Below are positions 50,229-61,706 of a stretch of DNA of 64,000 nucleotides, in pieces. The stretch is from Felis catus (lineage: Eukaryota): contig NC_058368.1 of NCBI RefSeq assembly GCF_018350175.1, positions 167,278,001 through 167,342,000 of the forward strand, in the 5' to 3' direction. The notes beneath the pieces are model-generated. The model did no database searches and was not told the origin of the DNA. It worked only from the letters and a program-made list of their open reading frames with translations. The stretch's first letter is position 1, and each line of letters opens with the position of its first letter. Both the position numbers and the translations under genes were made by a program.

Positions 50229-51854
50229 TACAAAACTTCTTTTTAGAAGATCATTTTGAATTCTTTTTTTTTTAGTATGTATTCATTGACAACTAGAACT
50301 ATAGTTATAGCTATATAACCATAATTTTTTTTACTACTTTGTCTTTTAACCTTCATAATAGATTTATAAGAGACTAATCCACCACTTTTACAATGTCAAA
50401 TTATTCTGAATTTGACCATCAATTTACCATTACCAATGATATTATATTTTCATATATTTTCCTGTTACTAATTAGCACCCTTTTGTTTTAGCTTAAGAAG
50501 TCATTTTAGCATTTTTGTAAGTCCTGTCTAGTAGCAATGAGTGACTTTATCTTTTGCTTGTCTGCAAAACTTTTTATCTCTTTTTCAAATGAAGGACAGT
50601 TTTGCCTGGTAGTGTATTCTAGGTTGGCATTTATTTTATTGGAGTCCTTTGTAGGCCAGAGGGAGTGATAGGGTATATTCAAAGTTCCTGCTGAAAGTCT
50701 GTCCATAGTCTTATGCATTTCCCCTTGTATGTAACCAGTTATTTTTCTTAATGCTTTTATGATTATCTCCTTGTCTTAAACTTTTGACACTATAGTCATA
50801 ATATGTCCTGATGTGTCTGTGAGTTCATCTTATTTGGAACTCTCTAGGCTTCCTGGATCTTGATGTCTGGTTTCTTCCCCAGGTTAGGCAAGTTTTAAGT
50901 TTTCAGCCATTATTTCTTCAAATAAGTTTTCTGCCTTTTCTTTCTGTCTTCTCCTTCCGGGAGAGCTGAGTTTGGATCCTCCTACATCACCATCTTGAAT
51001 CAACTCCTCCTCCACTCTTCTTAGGCTGATAGAAAAATGCTAAACAACAATAACAACAACAATATCAGGACATGGAACAATTTCTCTTTATTCTTTCTTA
51101 AATTAAAATTTCAAAACCTCAGATAATAAATATCCACTGGATTAAACCTGTAAATGGGACTAAATCTTTGTAATTGTACTTGGTAGCAATGCCTGCTTGC
51201 TTTAGTTTATACTTACTATATGTCTATTGACTAAATGAATAAATAGGTTGAGCAATTATTCGATGTTTGTTTTTTTCTTTCTGGTTGTTACCAAATGCTT
51301 TTTACAATCAGGGGCCATTTCGTTAAGTGGCAAAGGGATGGAAACAATGTTGAGTCAGAAGTGTGCAGAAAGGCATACAGACATGGAAGAAAATGCTCCT
51401 CAGTGCTACCAAAAATTTGGGACACATACTCCTACTCTAATTAAAGATGTTTCTAAGTGGTAGATAGACCTGACATTGAATAACTTTGAGTGCCATATGA
51501 AGAAATGCATTTCCTTTACAAAGGTCTTTCAAGCTTTTAGAAAAACAGATGAGACTATCATGTTTCTTCCAAACTTGCCAGTTTATCTCTCTCTCTCTTC
51601 TCTTGTTTTTTTTCTTTTTCCCCACTCTCTCCCTCCATCCCCTTCCTCCCTTCCACTTTCTCTCTCTCTCTCTTTTAACAAATAATAAGGCTAGGGCTCA
51701 GAGCATTTGGCAGCAAAATTACCCAGCTAGAATTTACAAAAATTGGTTTGGTTTCATTATATTTATTTTTATAGTATGTCAAGACAAGTGATAGTGATTC
51801 ATCCCTTTATAGTAGTGACATAAATTTTCCTTTAAAAAATATATCCAAAGAATG

Positions 51855-51887
51855 AAGATATAGATATAGATATATAGATATAGATAT
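51855..51887. repeat. (GATATA)n low-complexity repeat
   Basis: Direct read. Confidence 0.85.
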
Positions 51888-52478
51888 TTTTAACTGGGCC
51901 ATTTAAGGAAAACATAAGCAAATAATACAGATGGTATGTAGATTTTAAAAGTAAAAATATGAAAGAAGTCCAGGACTGAAGTTTGAGAATCATTATCCAG
52001 GCCTCAGTAGAGTGCCTATGCTGTCTTGTTCTCTGGACTGTAAAGTAAATGAATGAAGTCTTCCTTATTTTCTATGACTGTTTCAAATTTTAATATTAGT
52101 AGTAAAAGAAAAATACAGTCTTTTTTGTTGTTTTTTTGTTTTTTGGGTTTTTTTTTTTGTTTGTTTTAGCCTTCGCTAATAGATTTTCTCTTCAACTCAG
52201 TCTTAGCTTTCAGTTAGATCTTTATAGGATGCATCTGTTAAGGATAGCACCTCATTAATGTGCATCAGAGAAAGGTCAGAGCAGGAATTCATTTGGCACT
52301 CTAGGCTTAATTCAGTAAGATTACCCATCATATTCTTTTAACTATAAGATTGTGCCTATATATACACCTAAATTCATATTATCATTGTTCTTTCTATGTC
52401 TTATTTGCACTCTGACAATTTACATACAGAGAACTACAGAGACTAATACGAAATAATGATTAAAAGAACTTTTCATGT

Positions 52479-52683
52479 AGAGTGTCTGGGTGGCTCAGTT
52501 GATTAAACCTCCAACTCTCCATCTTGGCTCAGGTCATGATCTCACAATTCGTGAGTTTGAGCCCCATGTCAGGCTCTGTGCTGATGGTGTGGAGCCTGTT
52601 TTGGGAGCCTCTCTCCTTCTTTCTGGCCCTCACTTGGGTGTGCTCTCTCACTCTCAAAATAAATAAACTTTAAAAAAAAAAAA
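52479..52683 (+). mobile_element. CanSINE (older)
   Basis: CTGGGTGGCTCAG head, GGTCATGATCTCAC, AAATAAATAAAC plus A tail. Confidence 0.93.
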
Positions 52684-53080
52684 GGAATTTTTACAAACTG
52701 TAAGCTGATTATAGAAAAACATGTTAGGCAGAGGGGATTAATTCAATTTTTTTTCAGACTACTAATGAAATGACTGTGCAAAACACCCATATAAAATAAA
52801 AACTTAGGTTCTAAATCATGCATGTATTTATTTGTTTTATTACCTTAGCTGCTTTTTTTTTTCCCCTTTTGGTTTGAAATTTACATTGTTTCTTATTTGT
52901 CATGTATCTTCTATCTGGTTATTTAAATATGCCAGATATCTTTAAATAGACCAGAATACATGGCAAATAGTTATTCACATAGCAAATAATTGCATAAATT
53001 TTTATAAAGTGCAAAATCGGTCTGAACTAAATAACTTTTTTATCAATAAATCTAGACAACTCTATGAAGAAAGAAAAGCA

Positions 53081-53279
53081 TTTTTTAAAGTATTTATTTT
53101 CAGAGAGAGAAAGAACATGAGAAAGGGGCATGGAGAGAAGGGGAGAGAGAATCACAAGCAGACTCCAAACTGTCAGCATGGAGCCAGACAGGGGGCTCCA
53201 ACTCATGAACAGTGGGATCATGACCTGAGCTAAAATCAAGAGTCAGATGCTCAACTTGACTGAGCCACCTAGCTGCCCC
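53081..53279 (-). mobile_element. CanSINE (older)
   Basis: SINE body with flanking AAGAAAGAA..GCA repeats. Confidence 0.93.
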
Positions 53280-53706
53280 AAGAAAGAAGCAATTTGGTCA
53301 ATGTTATGAACTAACACAGAGAATGGCAAGATGAAAGGATAGACTGGTTATTTGGAAAACCAAAGGGAACAGTTGAAGGAGGCAAGTAACAGAAAAACTG
53401 CCATCACTTAGAAGACGATGAAAGATAGAGTAGGGAATGATATTTTTGGCCTGATTATTGTGATCAGTTATTGACAATGATCAAATTCACTGGACAAGTG
53501 TTGACATCTTTTTTCTGGTACAGATATAATCACAAGTTCCAATGAAATCATGAGTAAGAAGACATACATTGAGCCAGCTTTGACTTGAATGTTCCTACTA
53601 GTGGTTTCCACTATCCTCTTTATGACAATTATTGTGGGATTCGCATTTTGAGTTTAAACCCCTATGGGATATAAATTGGAATCATTTACTTAAAATTATG
53701 GAAATG

Positions 53707-54866
53707 TGGCACAAAAACAGACACATAGACCAATGGAATAGAATAGAAACCCCAGAACTAGACCCACAAACGTATGGTCAACTCATCTTTGACAAAGCAG
53801 GAAAGAACATCCAATGGAAAAAAGACAGTCTCTTTAACCAGTGGTGCTGGAAGAACTGGACAGCAACATGCAGAAGAATGAAACTAGACCACTTTCTCAC
53901 ACCATTCACAAAAATAAACTCAAAATGGATAAAGGACCTGAATGTGAAACAGGAAACCATCAAAACCCTAGAGGAGAAAGCAGGAAAATCCTCTCTGACC
54001 TCAGCCGTAGCAACCTCTTACTCAACACATCCCCAAAGGCAAGAGAATTAAAAGCAAAAATGAATTACTGGGACCTTATGAAGATAAAAAGCTTCTGCAC
54101 AGCAAAGGAAACAACCAGCAAAACTAAAAGGCAACCAACGGAATGGGAAAAGATATTTGCAAATGACATATCGGACAAAGGGCTAGTATCCAAAATCTAT
54201 AAAGAGCTCACCAAACTCCACACCCGAGAAACCAATAACCCAGTGAAGAAATGGGCAGAAAACATGAATAGACACTTCTCTAAAGAAGACATCCAGATGG
54301 CCAACAGGCACATGAAAAGATGCTCAACGTCGCTCCTCATCAGGGAAATACAAATCAAAACCACACTCAGATATCACCTCATGCCGGTCAGAGTGGCCAA
54401 AATGAACAAATCAGGAGACTATAGATGCTGGAGAGGATGTGGAGAAATGGGAACCCTCTTGCACTGTTGGTGGGAATGCAAATTGGTACAGCCACTCTGG
54501 AAAACAGTGTGGAAGTTCCTCAGAAAATTAAAAATAGACCTACCCTATGACCCAGCAATAGCACTGCTAGGAATTTACCCAAGGGATACAGGAGTACTGA
54601 TGCATAGGGGCACTTGTACCCCAATGTTTATAGCAGCACTCTCAACAACAGCCAAATTATGGAAAGAGCCTAAATGTCCATCAACTGATGAATGGATAAA
54701 GAAATTGTGGTTTATATACACGATGGAGTACTACGTGGCAATGAGAAAGAATGAAATATGGCCCTTTGTAGCAACATGGATGGAACTGGAGAGTGTGATG
54801 CTAAGTGAAATAAGCCATACAGAGAAAGACAGATACCATATGCGTTCACTCTTATGTGGATCCTGA
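53707..54866 (+). pseudogene. L1 ORF2p C-terminal remnant (one frameshift near 53990)
   Basis: [14 protein letters not shown]...[10 protein letters not shown] in one frame continues as LSDLSRSN...[18 protein letters not shown] (CCHC motif)...SLLCGS* in another. Lacks the EN and RT domains. Confidence 0.95.
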
Positions 54867-55133
54867 GAAACTTAACAGAAACCCATGGAGGAGGGGAAGG
54901 AAAAAAAAAAGAGGTTAGAGTGGGAGAGAGCCAAAGCATAAGAGACTCTTAAAAACTGAGAACAAACTGAGGGTGGATGGGGGGTGGGAGGGAGGGGAGG
55001 GTGGGTGATGGGTATTAAGGAGGGCACCTTTTGGGATGAGCACTGAGTGTTGTATGGAAACCAATCTGACAATAAATTTCATATATTGAAAAAAATAAAA
55101 TAAAAAAAATAAAAATAAAAAAATAAAATAAAA
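53709..55133 (+). mobile_element. Young 5'-truncated felid L1 (L1_Fc-like), about 1.4 kb
   Basis: Near-intact ORF2 C-terminus, G-rich 3'UTR (54971-55012), AATAAA at 55071-55076 and an A-rich tail. TSD TAAAATTATGGAAATGTG at 53691-53708 and 55134-55151. Confidence 0.98.
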
Positions 55134-55150
55134 TAAAATTATGGAAATGT

Positions 55151-55385
55151 GGGGCGCCTGGGTGGCTCAGTCAGTTGAGCAGCCGGCTTCGGCTCATGTC
55201 ATGATCTCAGGGTCCATGAGTTCGAGCCCTGCGTCGGGCTCTGTGCTGACAGCTCAGAGCCTGAAGCCTGTTTCAGATTCTGTGTCTCCCTCTCTCTGAC
55301 CCTCCCCCATTCATGCTCTGTGTCTCTCTGTCTCAAAAATAAATAAACGTTAAAAAAATTTTTTTTAATAAAAATAAAAATAAAA
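55151..55385 (+). mobile_element. CanSINE (SINEC_Fc-like, CTGACCCTCCCCC variant) abutting the L1
   Basis: Full element flanked by the second (55134-55151) and third (55386-55403) copies of TAAAATTATGGAAATGTG. Confidence 0.98.
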
Positions 55386-55554
55386 TAAAATTATGGAAAT
55401 GTGAAAAAAAGAGACCCTAGAAGTAGTAGGTTTTTGTTTGGTTGGTTGGTTGGTTTTGGGTTTTTTGTTTGTTTGTTTTTGTTGTTTTTTTTTTTGTTGT
55501 TAAGCCAAGCCATCTTGGCTTTTGTTAAGCCAAGCCAACCTGGAGAGTCCAGCT

Positions 55555-55735
55555 AAGGGCTGCCATGAGCTCATAGAGTACCATTGTGTAAACTGGAAAA
55601 GGCATTTTTTCGTTTGGGCTTATGCAGCTCCGTTTCACAGCATCAAGCTAAGCAAGTGGAGTGTAAGCTGGATTTCAGCCCTCACTTAGTCCCTCCCTTA
55701 GCCAGTAACATGCACAACTATATGGACAAGCCCTG
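55555..55735. mobile_element. Possible hAT-Tip100 MITE (MER91-like)
   Basis: AGGGCTGCCATG at the start and TGCACAACTATATGGACAAGCCCTG at the end form a degenerate TIR pair. No TSD. Confidence 0.4.
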
Positions 55736-58114
55736 AACAGAACCAAAAATTTCTAAAGCATCATACAGAATATATACTTGTGTGTCTTTTCTGGACAACT
55801 TGTTTGAATGTTTAACAACCAATTGTATCAAAAATTTTTTTTCAATAGTTAACTACCTTAACCAACTAGGTCACTTACCTCTCTCTATATACTAAAAACC
55901 CTTCTAATTTTGTTTACAAGAAACCCACTGCTGGTCTCTTTTGTGAAAAAGAGATGCCCTGTTATGGTAATAATCATTGAAATTTTCCTCAAGGAAAGCA
56001 ATGATTCAAGACTTCAAATAATTTCATCATTGACCCAGTGGCGGGGGAGCACAAAGCCTCAGATAAGAGCAGAGCTTATATGGCAATTCAATTTCTATCA
56101 GGTGGAATTATACTATAAATCCAAAAGACAATAATAGTTAGATCCATCGAATTAACATCTATGACAATAAATACAATAAAAATGTCTTTTAATGCAGTTT
56201 GCTCCACCAGACCAGGATTCAGATGTGATTGATTTTAAACCTAAAAACATCTTTAAAATTAGATTTTAGGACTACATTCTATAGTTCTCTAAAAGTAAAA
56301 TGGGGAAAAATATATTTAAAATATTTTGAGCTGGTTTAGATGTCATTGAGTTTATAATGGGTATATTTTTCTTTGTTCCAGATCATTAGGAGTCTCAAAA
56401 ACATTTTTTTCTTAAGCATGGGGAAAAAAACAGAATCAGGAAGGGAGGTGACCTTTAATTTAAGAAGGCTAGAATTACCATATCATGTGGTGTATTAAAC
56501 TTGCAAAAATGCAATGTCCTCATCTGGCTTGCTTTTGGGAAACTAGTAATCTATAAATTTGACATTATTTGTATAAAATACATTAAAACAAAAAATGTAA
56601 GCTGAATTGTTATTAAATTTGTGCAAATGCAGTCACTAAATTATAACAGTCAAGCATTATTATGCAAATTGGAGCTAATTTTACAATATCTCTATCTAAT
56701 TGTTTACAGAGCAGTAGAATTATGGTACTGTTAAACAGGACAGGATGTTGTGTGAAAGAGTGTGTTTTTAATTTGAACCATTTTTACTTCCTGTGATTTT
56801 TTTGTTTTTAATAGTGAGCATGGAAAAGGGATTTAGCACGGAGAAAACAAGGGCAGATGTCTCCTACATTGTATACTCAAGGACTTAGCTAATTAGTATT
56901 TTCTATGTACTTTATATGCAGCCATGGAGATGGGCTCTCCTCAGAGGTGCACAAGCTTCCTCTTCTCAGGCTTTATGAGATGTCAGATAGAACAGTCTAC
57001 AAAGACCACGCCAAGAAATAGTTTTAAGAGATTTGTTTTGAGATGAAGGGCTACTTGAAGGTTCAGCATCCTAAGTGGTCCTAAGCTTCCAGCTGTGTTC
57101 CTTAGCAGAAGGGGTTACAGAAGGCTGCTCCAATGTGACAGCATGGAATTACGTCTGAAACAACACTTAAGGAAAGGTTTAGAGAAGAAAGCAAGACCAT
57201 TCTCCATCCAGTGGAGAAATCACATTGAATAAACAGTTTTAGCAAGAGGTCAATGAACACTGCCTCAAAGGAAAGACCCTTCATCTTCTTAGATAAGCAA
57301 AAATCAGTGTCTGGAATTCATTTGTGGAGGGTATTCTGCTTCCTGTTTCTCTTACAATCCTTATTTTATCCTTCTTATTACTCAGCGATTTCAAATAAGC
57401 TAAACTGTCAGCATATGAGAAAGCTCTCTGCCAATGAGATGACTTTTTTTTTTTTTTCCAGAAAGCCTTGCCAAGTTTATGAGCCAAGAAATAGCTGAAT
57501 TATAATGGCTGGAACTTCAAAGAGAAAGAAGAGTGAAAGGTATTATAATATTTTGGTAAAATTTCCTGACTCTTAAAATCAGCAGGGGCTGATCGATAGG
57601 AGAATAACAGTAAATTTTATGGTTGGGAAAGGGAGGGGGCTTAATATCTCATGATAAGAAGGTGCCCCCAGGTGGAGCCTTCCTGCCTAGTTATTCTTCA
57701 TCCCTAGAGGAAAAAAATGTGACTGGGAAATTCGAGGAAGAAACATATCTGGAACAGGATCGCATTGTATTCCTTTTGCTTAGCACGATTTGTCCCTTTA
57801 ATGTGATCCGCATTTTTAAATTTGTTTTGGAATCTTCCAAAAATCTTAATGCATATTAAAATGAGCCACTTCATTAATTATCTTTTTAGTTGTTTACTTA
57901 GTATGCCTTCCATGACATCTCCAAGCACCTTTTATTCACTCTGAAGATTTTTATCTCCACTTTTGTTCTCCTCTGCAAAACCTGTAGTATAGAAATGACC
58001 TTAAACTGAACAATGTTTTCTCTCTGGGGACTTGGCACTTCAAGACAGATCAAGCTTAAGACTAAAAAGACCCTTTGCCTCCTAAATTTAGACAGTAGTG
58101 AGTATTTTACTTCA

Positions 58115-58609
58115 GATCTCAATTAGGAATTGCATTTGACTGCTAGTAATAGACTAGAAATAACAATGCCTTGAATAAGTGAGTTTTTCTCCCAGAAAGA
58201 AAGTCCAGTGATAGGCAGTTAAGGGCTTTGGGTGCTCCACGGTTACCAAGGATGGAGTCCCTTCTTCTTTTCTACACCTTTATCCTGAAAGCATAAGTTT
58301 CATCCTGAAGTTCACCTCATAGTCTAAGATGGGTGCTGTTATGATTGCACATCCAGGCAAGAAAGAAGACAGGGAGGGTGTTGAGCTATAAAGGAGTCCT
58401 AGCTGAATATTCCCTTTTATACTGACTAATCCCTTTTATGCTGTTTCCTGGAAGTTCTCCCCCACCCCCAAAACATTGGCTTACATCGTTACCAACTGTA
58501 ATTTTTAGCTTCGGAGTATCTCTGCCATAAATAAATCTGAGGGTTTTGCCATTAGGAAAAAAGGGAAGTATAATTATTGGGTAGGTGACGAGAAGTTTTT
58601 GCTGTGGCA
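58115..58609 (-). mobile_element. MaLR LTR (MLT1J-like)
   Basis: TCAATTAGGAATTGCATTTGACTGC...AAGTCCAGTGATAGGCAG...CTCATAGTCTAAGATGGGTGCTG...TTGGGTAGGTGAC. Confidence 0.75.
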
Positions 58610-59000
58610 CTTAACTGCAAACTCCTGGACAGTTACCTACCTACTTCAGTTATGTCCAAGCCCAGTCCTCGTTGTTGGTCCATTCCATATCTTTTTTAAA
58701 AGACCTGCATTGTAGTTAATCTATGGAATGAAACACATAATCAAGAATGTGGTTCATGCCTTATTCTCAGCTATATCAAGAATATCCAATTAAGCATATT
58801 TATTGCTCATTAGTCTTTCATGATTAGGCAAACCTTAATTTTTCACAGTAATGGGACACTAGATTATCATAGATAACAACAAACAAAGGCAGCTGGAGAA
58901 ATGCCCAAATTAAACTCCAATTTTCAGAGTTAAAAAAAAAAATTTAAATTGTCAATTGAGTTTCACGCATATGAAAGTAAATGAAGAAACCAAGTAACTT

Positions 59001-59132
59001 TTTTTTTTTTTTTTAAGTAGGCCCCACACCCAGCATGGGGCCTAACACAGGGCTTGAACTCAGGACTGAGATCAAGACCTGAGCTGAGATCAAGAGTTAG
59101 ATGCTTAACCGACTGAGCCACCCAGGTGCCAC
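59001..59132 (-). mobile_element. Short carnivore SINE (no CT linker)
   Basis: TAAGTAGGCCCCACACCCAGC...GAGATCAAGAG...CCAGGTGCC. TSD AGAAACCAA(G/A)TAACTT at 58985-59000 and 59133-59148. Confidence 0.92.
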
Positions 59133-59624
59133 AGAAACCAAATAACTTTTTTAAATAATCTCAAATTCTGTGCTTGTAGACAAACCTACACATGGAAAAA
59201 ACAAATTAGAGGTTGTGAAAATTTTAAGTGCGAAAGACAGAAGGAGTTTGTGTTGTTTAAAGGAAATTATAAAGAAATGTGTCTTAATATTTTAGTGTGC
59301 TGATGTGAATTATATAGCAGCTAGGGATAAACAACCAAAGTGGAATTAAAGAGGGGCCAAATGATAAACTCTGAAGAAAGCCAGTGTCAAAGACTGCCAG
59401 AAAAAACATGGGTAATGATAATCTGAAGGAGCAATGAGAGGACTGACTTGAATCCACAAAGTGTTTCATTAACAGCCACGAAGCTCTTGAATTGGCCACA
59501 TCTTATTATAGCCTCTTCCCCTTATTCAATTAAGACCTTTCTAGAGGTCAGTTCGTGGCTTTGGCTCAGCCTAGTTTGAGTCACTGGAGCCTTTTGGTAG
59601 TTTCTGGATTTCTGTATATACACA

Positions 59625-59712
59625 GCTGGCTTCAAGTCCTGGCTTTACTCCTTAGGAGACTCTGGGCAAAGACCCCAACTTTCTGGGGCTCAATTTCCTC
59701 ATCTTTAAAGTG
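59625..59712 (+). mobile_element. MIR fragment
   Basis: GCTTCAAGTCCTGGCT...CTGGGCAA...CTCAATTTCCTCATCTTTAAAGTG. Confidence 0.7.
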
Positions 59713-60199
59713 TTGTTATGGAGATGAGGGAGACAGCGTGAGGGACAGACTTGGCTTGAAAATAAGTTAGGTGCCAGGGAGACAGGGAAAAAATAGAGGA
59801 CAGTTGGAGACTTTTAGACAAAATCATATATTCTTGTGCTTTTTATAAGGTTCCCAGGAGGAACATGATGGTCAGTCAAACATGTGTAATGATTGAAATT
59901 AGTTCTACATACTGCACATGAATCATCAACATGAAGGATCAATTGTGAGAGACTATAGTTATTATAAAATATGGTTAATGCCACAGCTATAATCAACATC
60001 ACTTTAAATTAAGCTATAACATATAATCTAGGAGTTTCAGGTGTACAATATAATGATTTCATATTTGTATATTGCAAGATGATTACCATAAGTCAAGTTA
60101 ATTCTAGTTAACATTCATTACCAAACATAGTTATAGTTTTTTTCTGATGACAAAAACTTGTAAAATTAAGCAACTTTCAAATATACAATACAGTATTAT

Positions 60200-60414
60200 T
60201 TTTTTTAATTTTTTTAAAGTTTATTTATTTTGAGAGACACAGAGATAGTGCAAGTGGGGGAGAGGTAGAGAGAAGGAAACAGAAAATCCCAAGCAGGCTC
60301 CATACTGTCAGCCTGGAGCCCGATGTAGGGCTTGAATTCACGAAACTATGAGATCATGACCTGAGTTGAAACCAAGAGTCAGACGCTTAACCAACTGAGC
60401 CACCCAGTCACCCC
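60200..60414 (-). mobile_element. CanSINE in L1 3'UTR
   Basis: Perfect 16-bp TSD TACAATACAGTATTAT at 60184-60199 and 60415-60430. Confidence 0.96.
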
Positions 60415-61221
60415 TACAATACAGTATTATGAACCACAGTCACCATGCTAGACATTATATTCTTGTTACTTATTTGTTTTAAAACTGGAAGTTTGTACAT
60501 ATTGACCACCTTCACTCATTTCACCCACCCCCAACCCCACCACTTCTGGGAACCAACCTGCCCTTTTGTATCTCCGAATTAGGTGAATGATTTTTTGGTT
60601 TTGTTTTTTTTAGGTTCCACATATAAGTGCGATCATAAGATACTTAGCTTTCTCTAACTTCTCTTATTTAGCATGATATCCTCTGGGTCCATTCATGTTG
60701 TCTCAAATGGCAAGATTACATTCTTCTTTAAGACTGAGTAATATTGCATTGTATGTGTGTATGTATATTTATATATAAACCTCTTTGTTTCTTCATCTAT
60801 CAATAAGCATTTAGGTTACTTCCACACCTTGGTTATTATAAATAATGCTGCAATGAGCATAAGGGTGCATATATCTTTTCAAATTAGTATATTTTGGGTA
60901 ATTTCCAGAAGTGGAATAGCTGGACTATATAATGGTTCTATTTTTCATTTTCTGAGGAATCTCCTTACTGTTTCATAGTGATTGCACCAGTTTATCTTCC
61001 CACCAACAATGCACAAGGGTTCCTTTTTCTCCATAATCCTTTCCAACACTCGTTATTTGTCTTTTGCTACTAGCCATTCTGATAAATGTGTGTGAATATT
61101 TCTTTGTGGTTTTGATTTGCATTTCTCTGATGATTAGTGATGTTGTGCATCTTCCCATGGATCTGTTGGCCATCTGTAGGTATTCTTTGGAAACATGTTT
61201 ATTTAGGTCCTTTGCCCATTT

Positions 61222-61706
61222 CTCTTTTTTAACACAGTGAGCAAACAATTCTATACATTATTCATTGTTCACCAAGATAAGTGTAATTTTCATCTGTCAC
61301 CTTACAATGTTATGACAGTATTACTGATCATCTTCCCTATGCTATACTTTTCATCCCACTGATTTACTTATAACTGGTTTTTGTTGGTTGGTTTTCTTTT
61401 TTAGATCTTACATAAAAATGAAATCATATGGTATTTGTTGGTCTTTCTCAGTCTGACTTATTCCACTTAGCCTAGTTCTTAGTCCATCCATGTTGCAAAT
61501 GGTAACATTTCATTCTTTTTTATGGTGAAGTGATATTTCATTGTATGTATATGCTTCATCTTCTTTATCCATTTATCTATCAGTGGGCACTTAGGTTGCT
61601 TCCATTTCTTGGCTAGTTGCAAATAATGCTGCAATAAACATAGTATAGGAGTGCATAGATCTTTTTGAATTAGTGTTTTTGTTTTCTTTGGGTAAATACC
61701 AGTGGA
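61222..61706 (-). mobile_element. Second L1 3' fragment nested in L1 ORF2
   Basis: Separate 3'UTR and ORF2 end, flanked by a roughly 21-bp duplication ATT(T/C)AGGTCCT(T/C)TGCCCA(T/C)TT at 61201-61221 and 61707-61727. Confidence 0.85.

Larger units (their letters stand above)
39305..51010 (-). mobile_element. Nested cluster of at least three degenerate L1s (L1MA/L1_Carn-like) with embedded SINEs
   Basis: Continuous antisense L1 3'UTR/ORF2/ORF1 sequence. Peptide remnants include [33 protein letters not shown] and SFEKEIKSFADKQK. A second 3' end starts at about 42760. An L1 5' terminus (CACCATCTTG) lies at about 50990. Confidence 0.93.

Noticed and set aside
53841..54866. 341-aa ORF as a host or domesticated gene
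   Set aside because: It is the C-terminal part of L1 ORF2p in a 5'-truncated copy with TSDs and a poly(A) tail. Its N-terminal ~50 aa are out of frame owing to a frameshift, and there is no EN or RT domain.
54971..55012. G-quadruplex-forming tract as a novel element
   Set aside because: It is real but is the standard G-rich tract of L1 3'UTRs.
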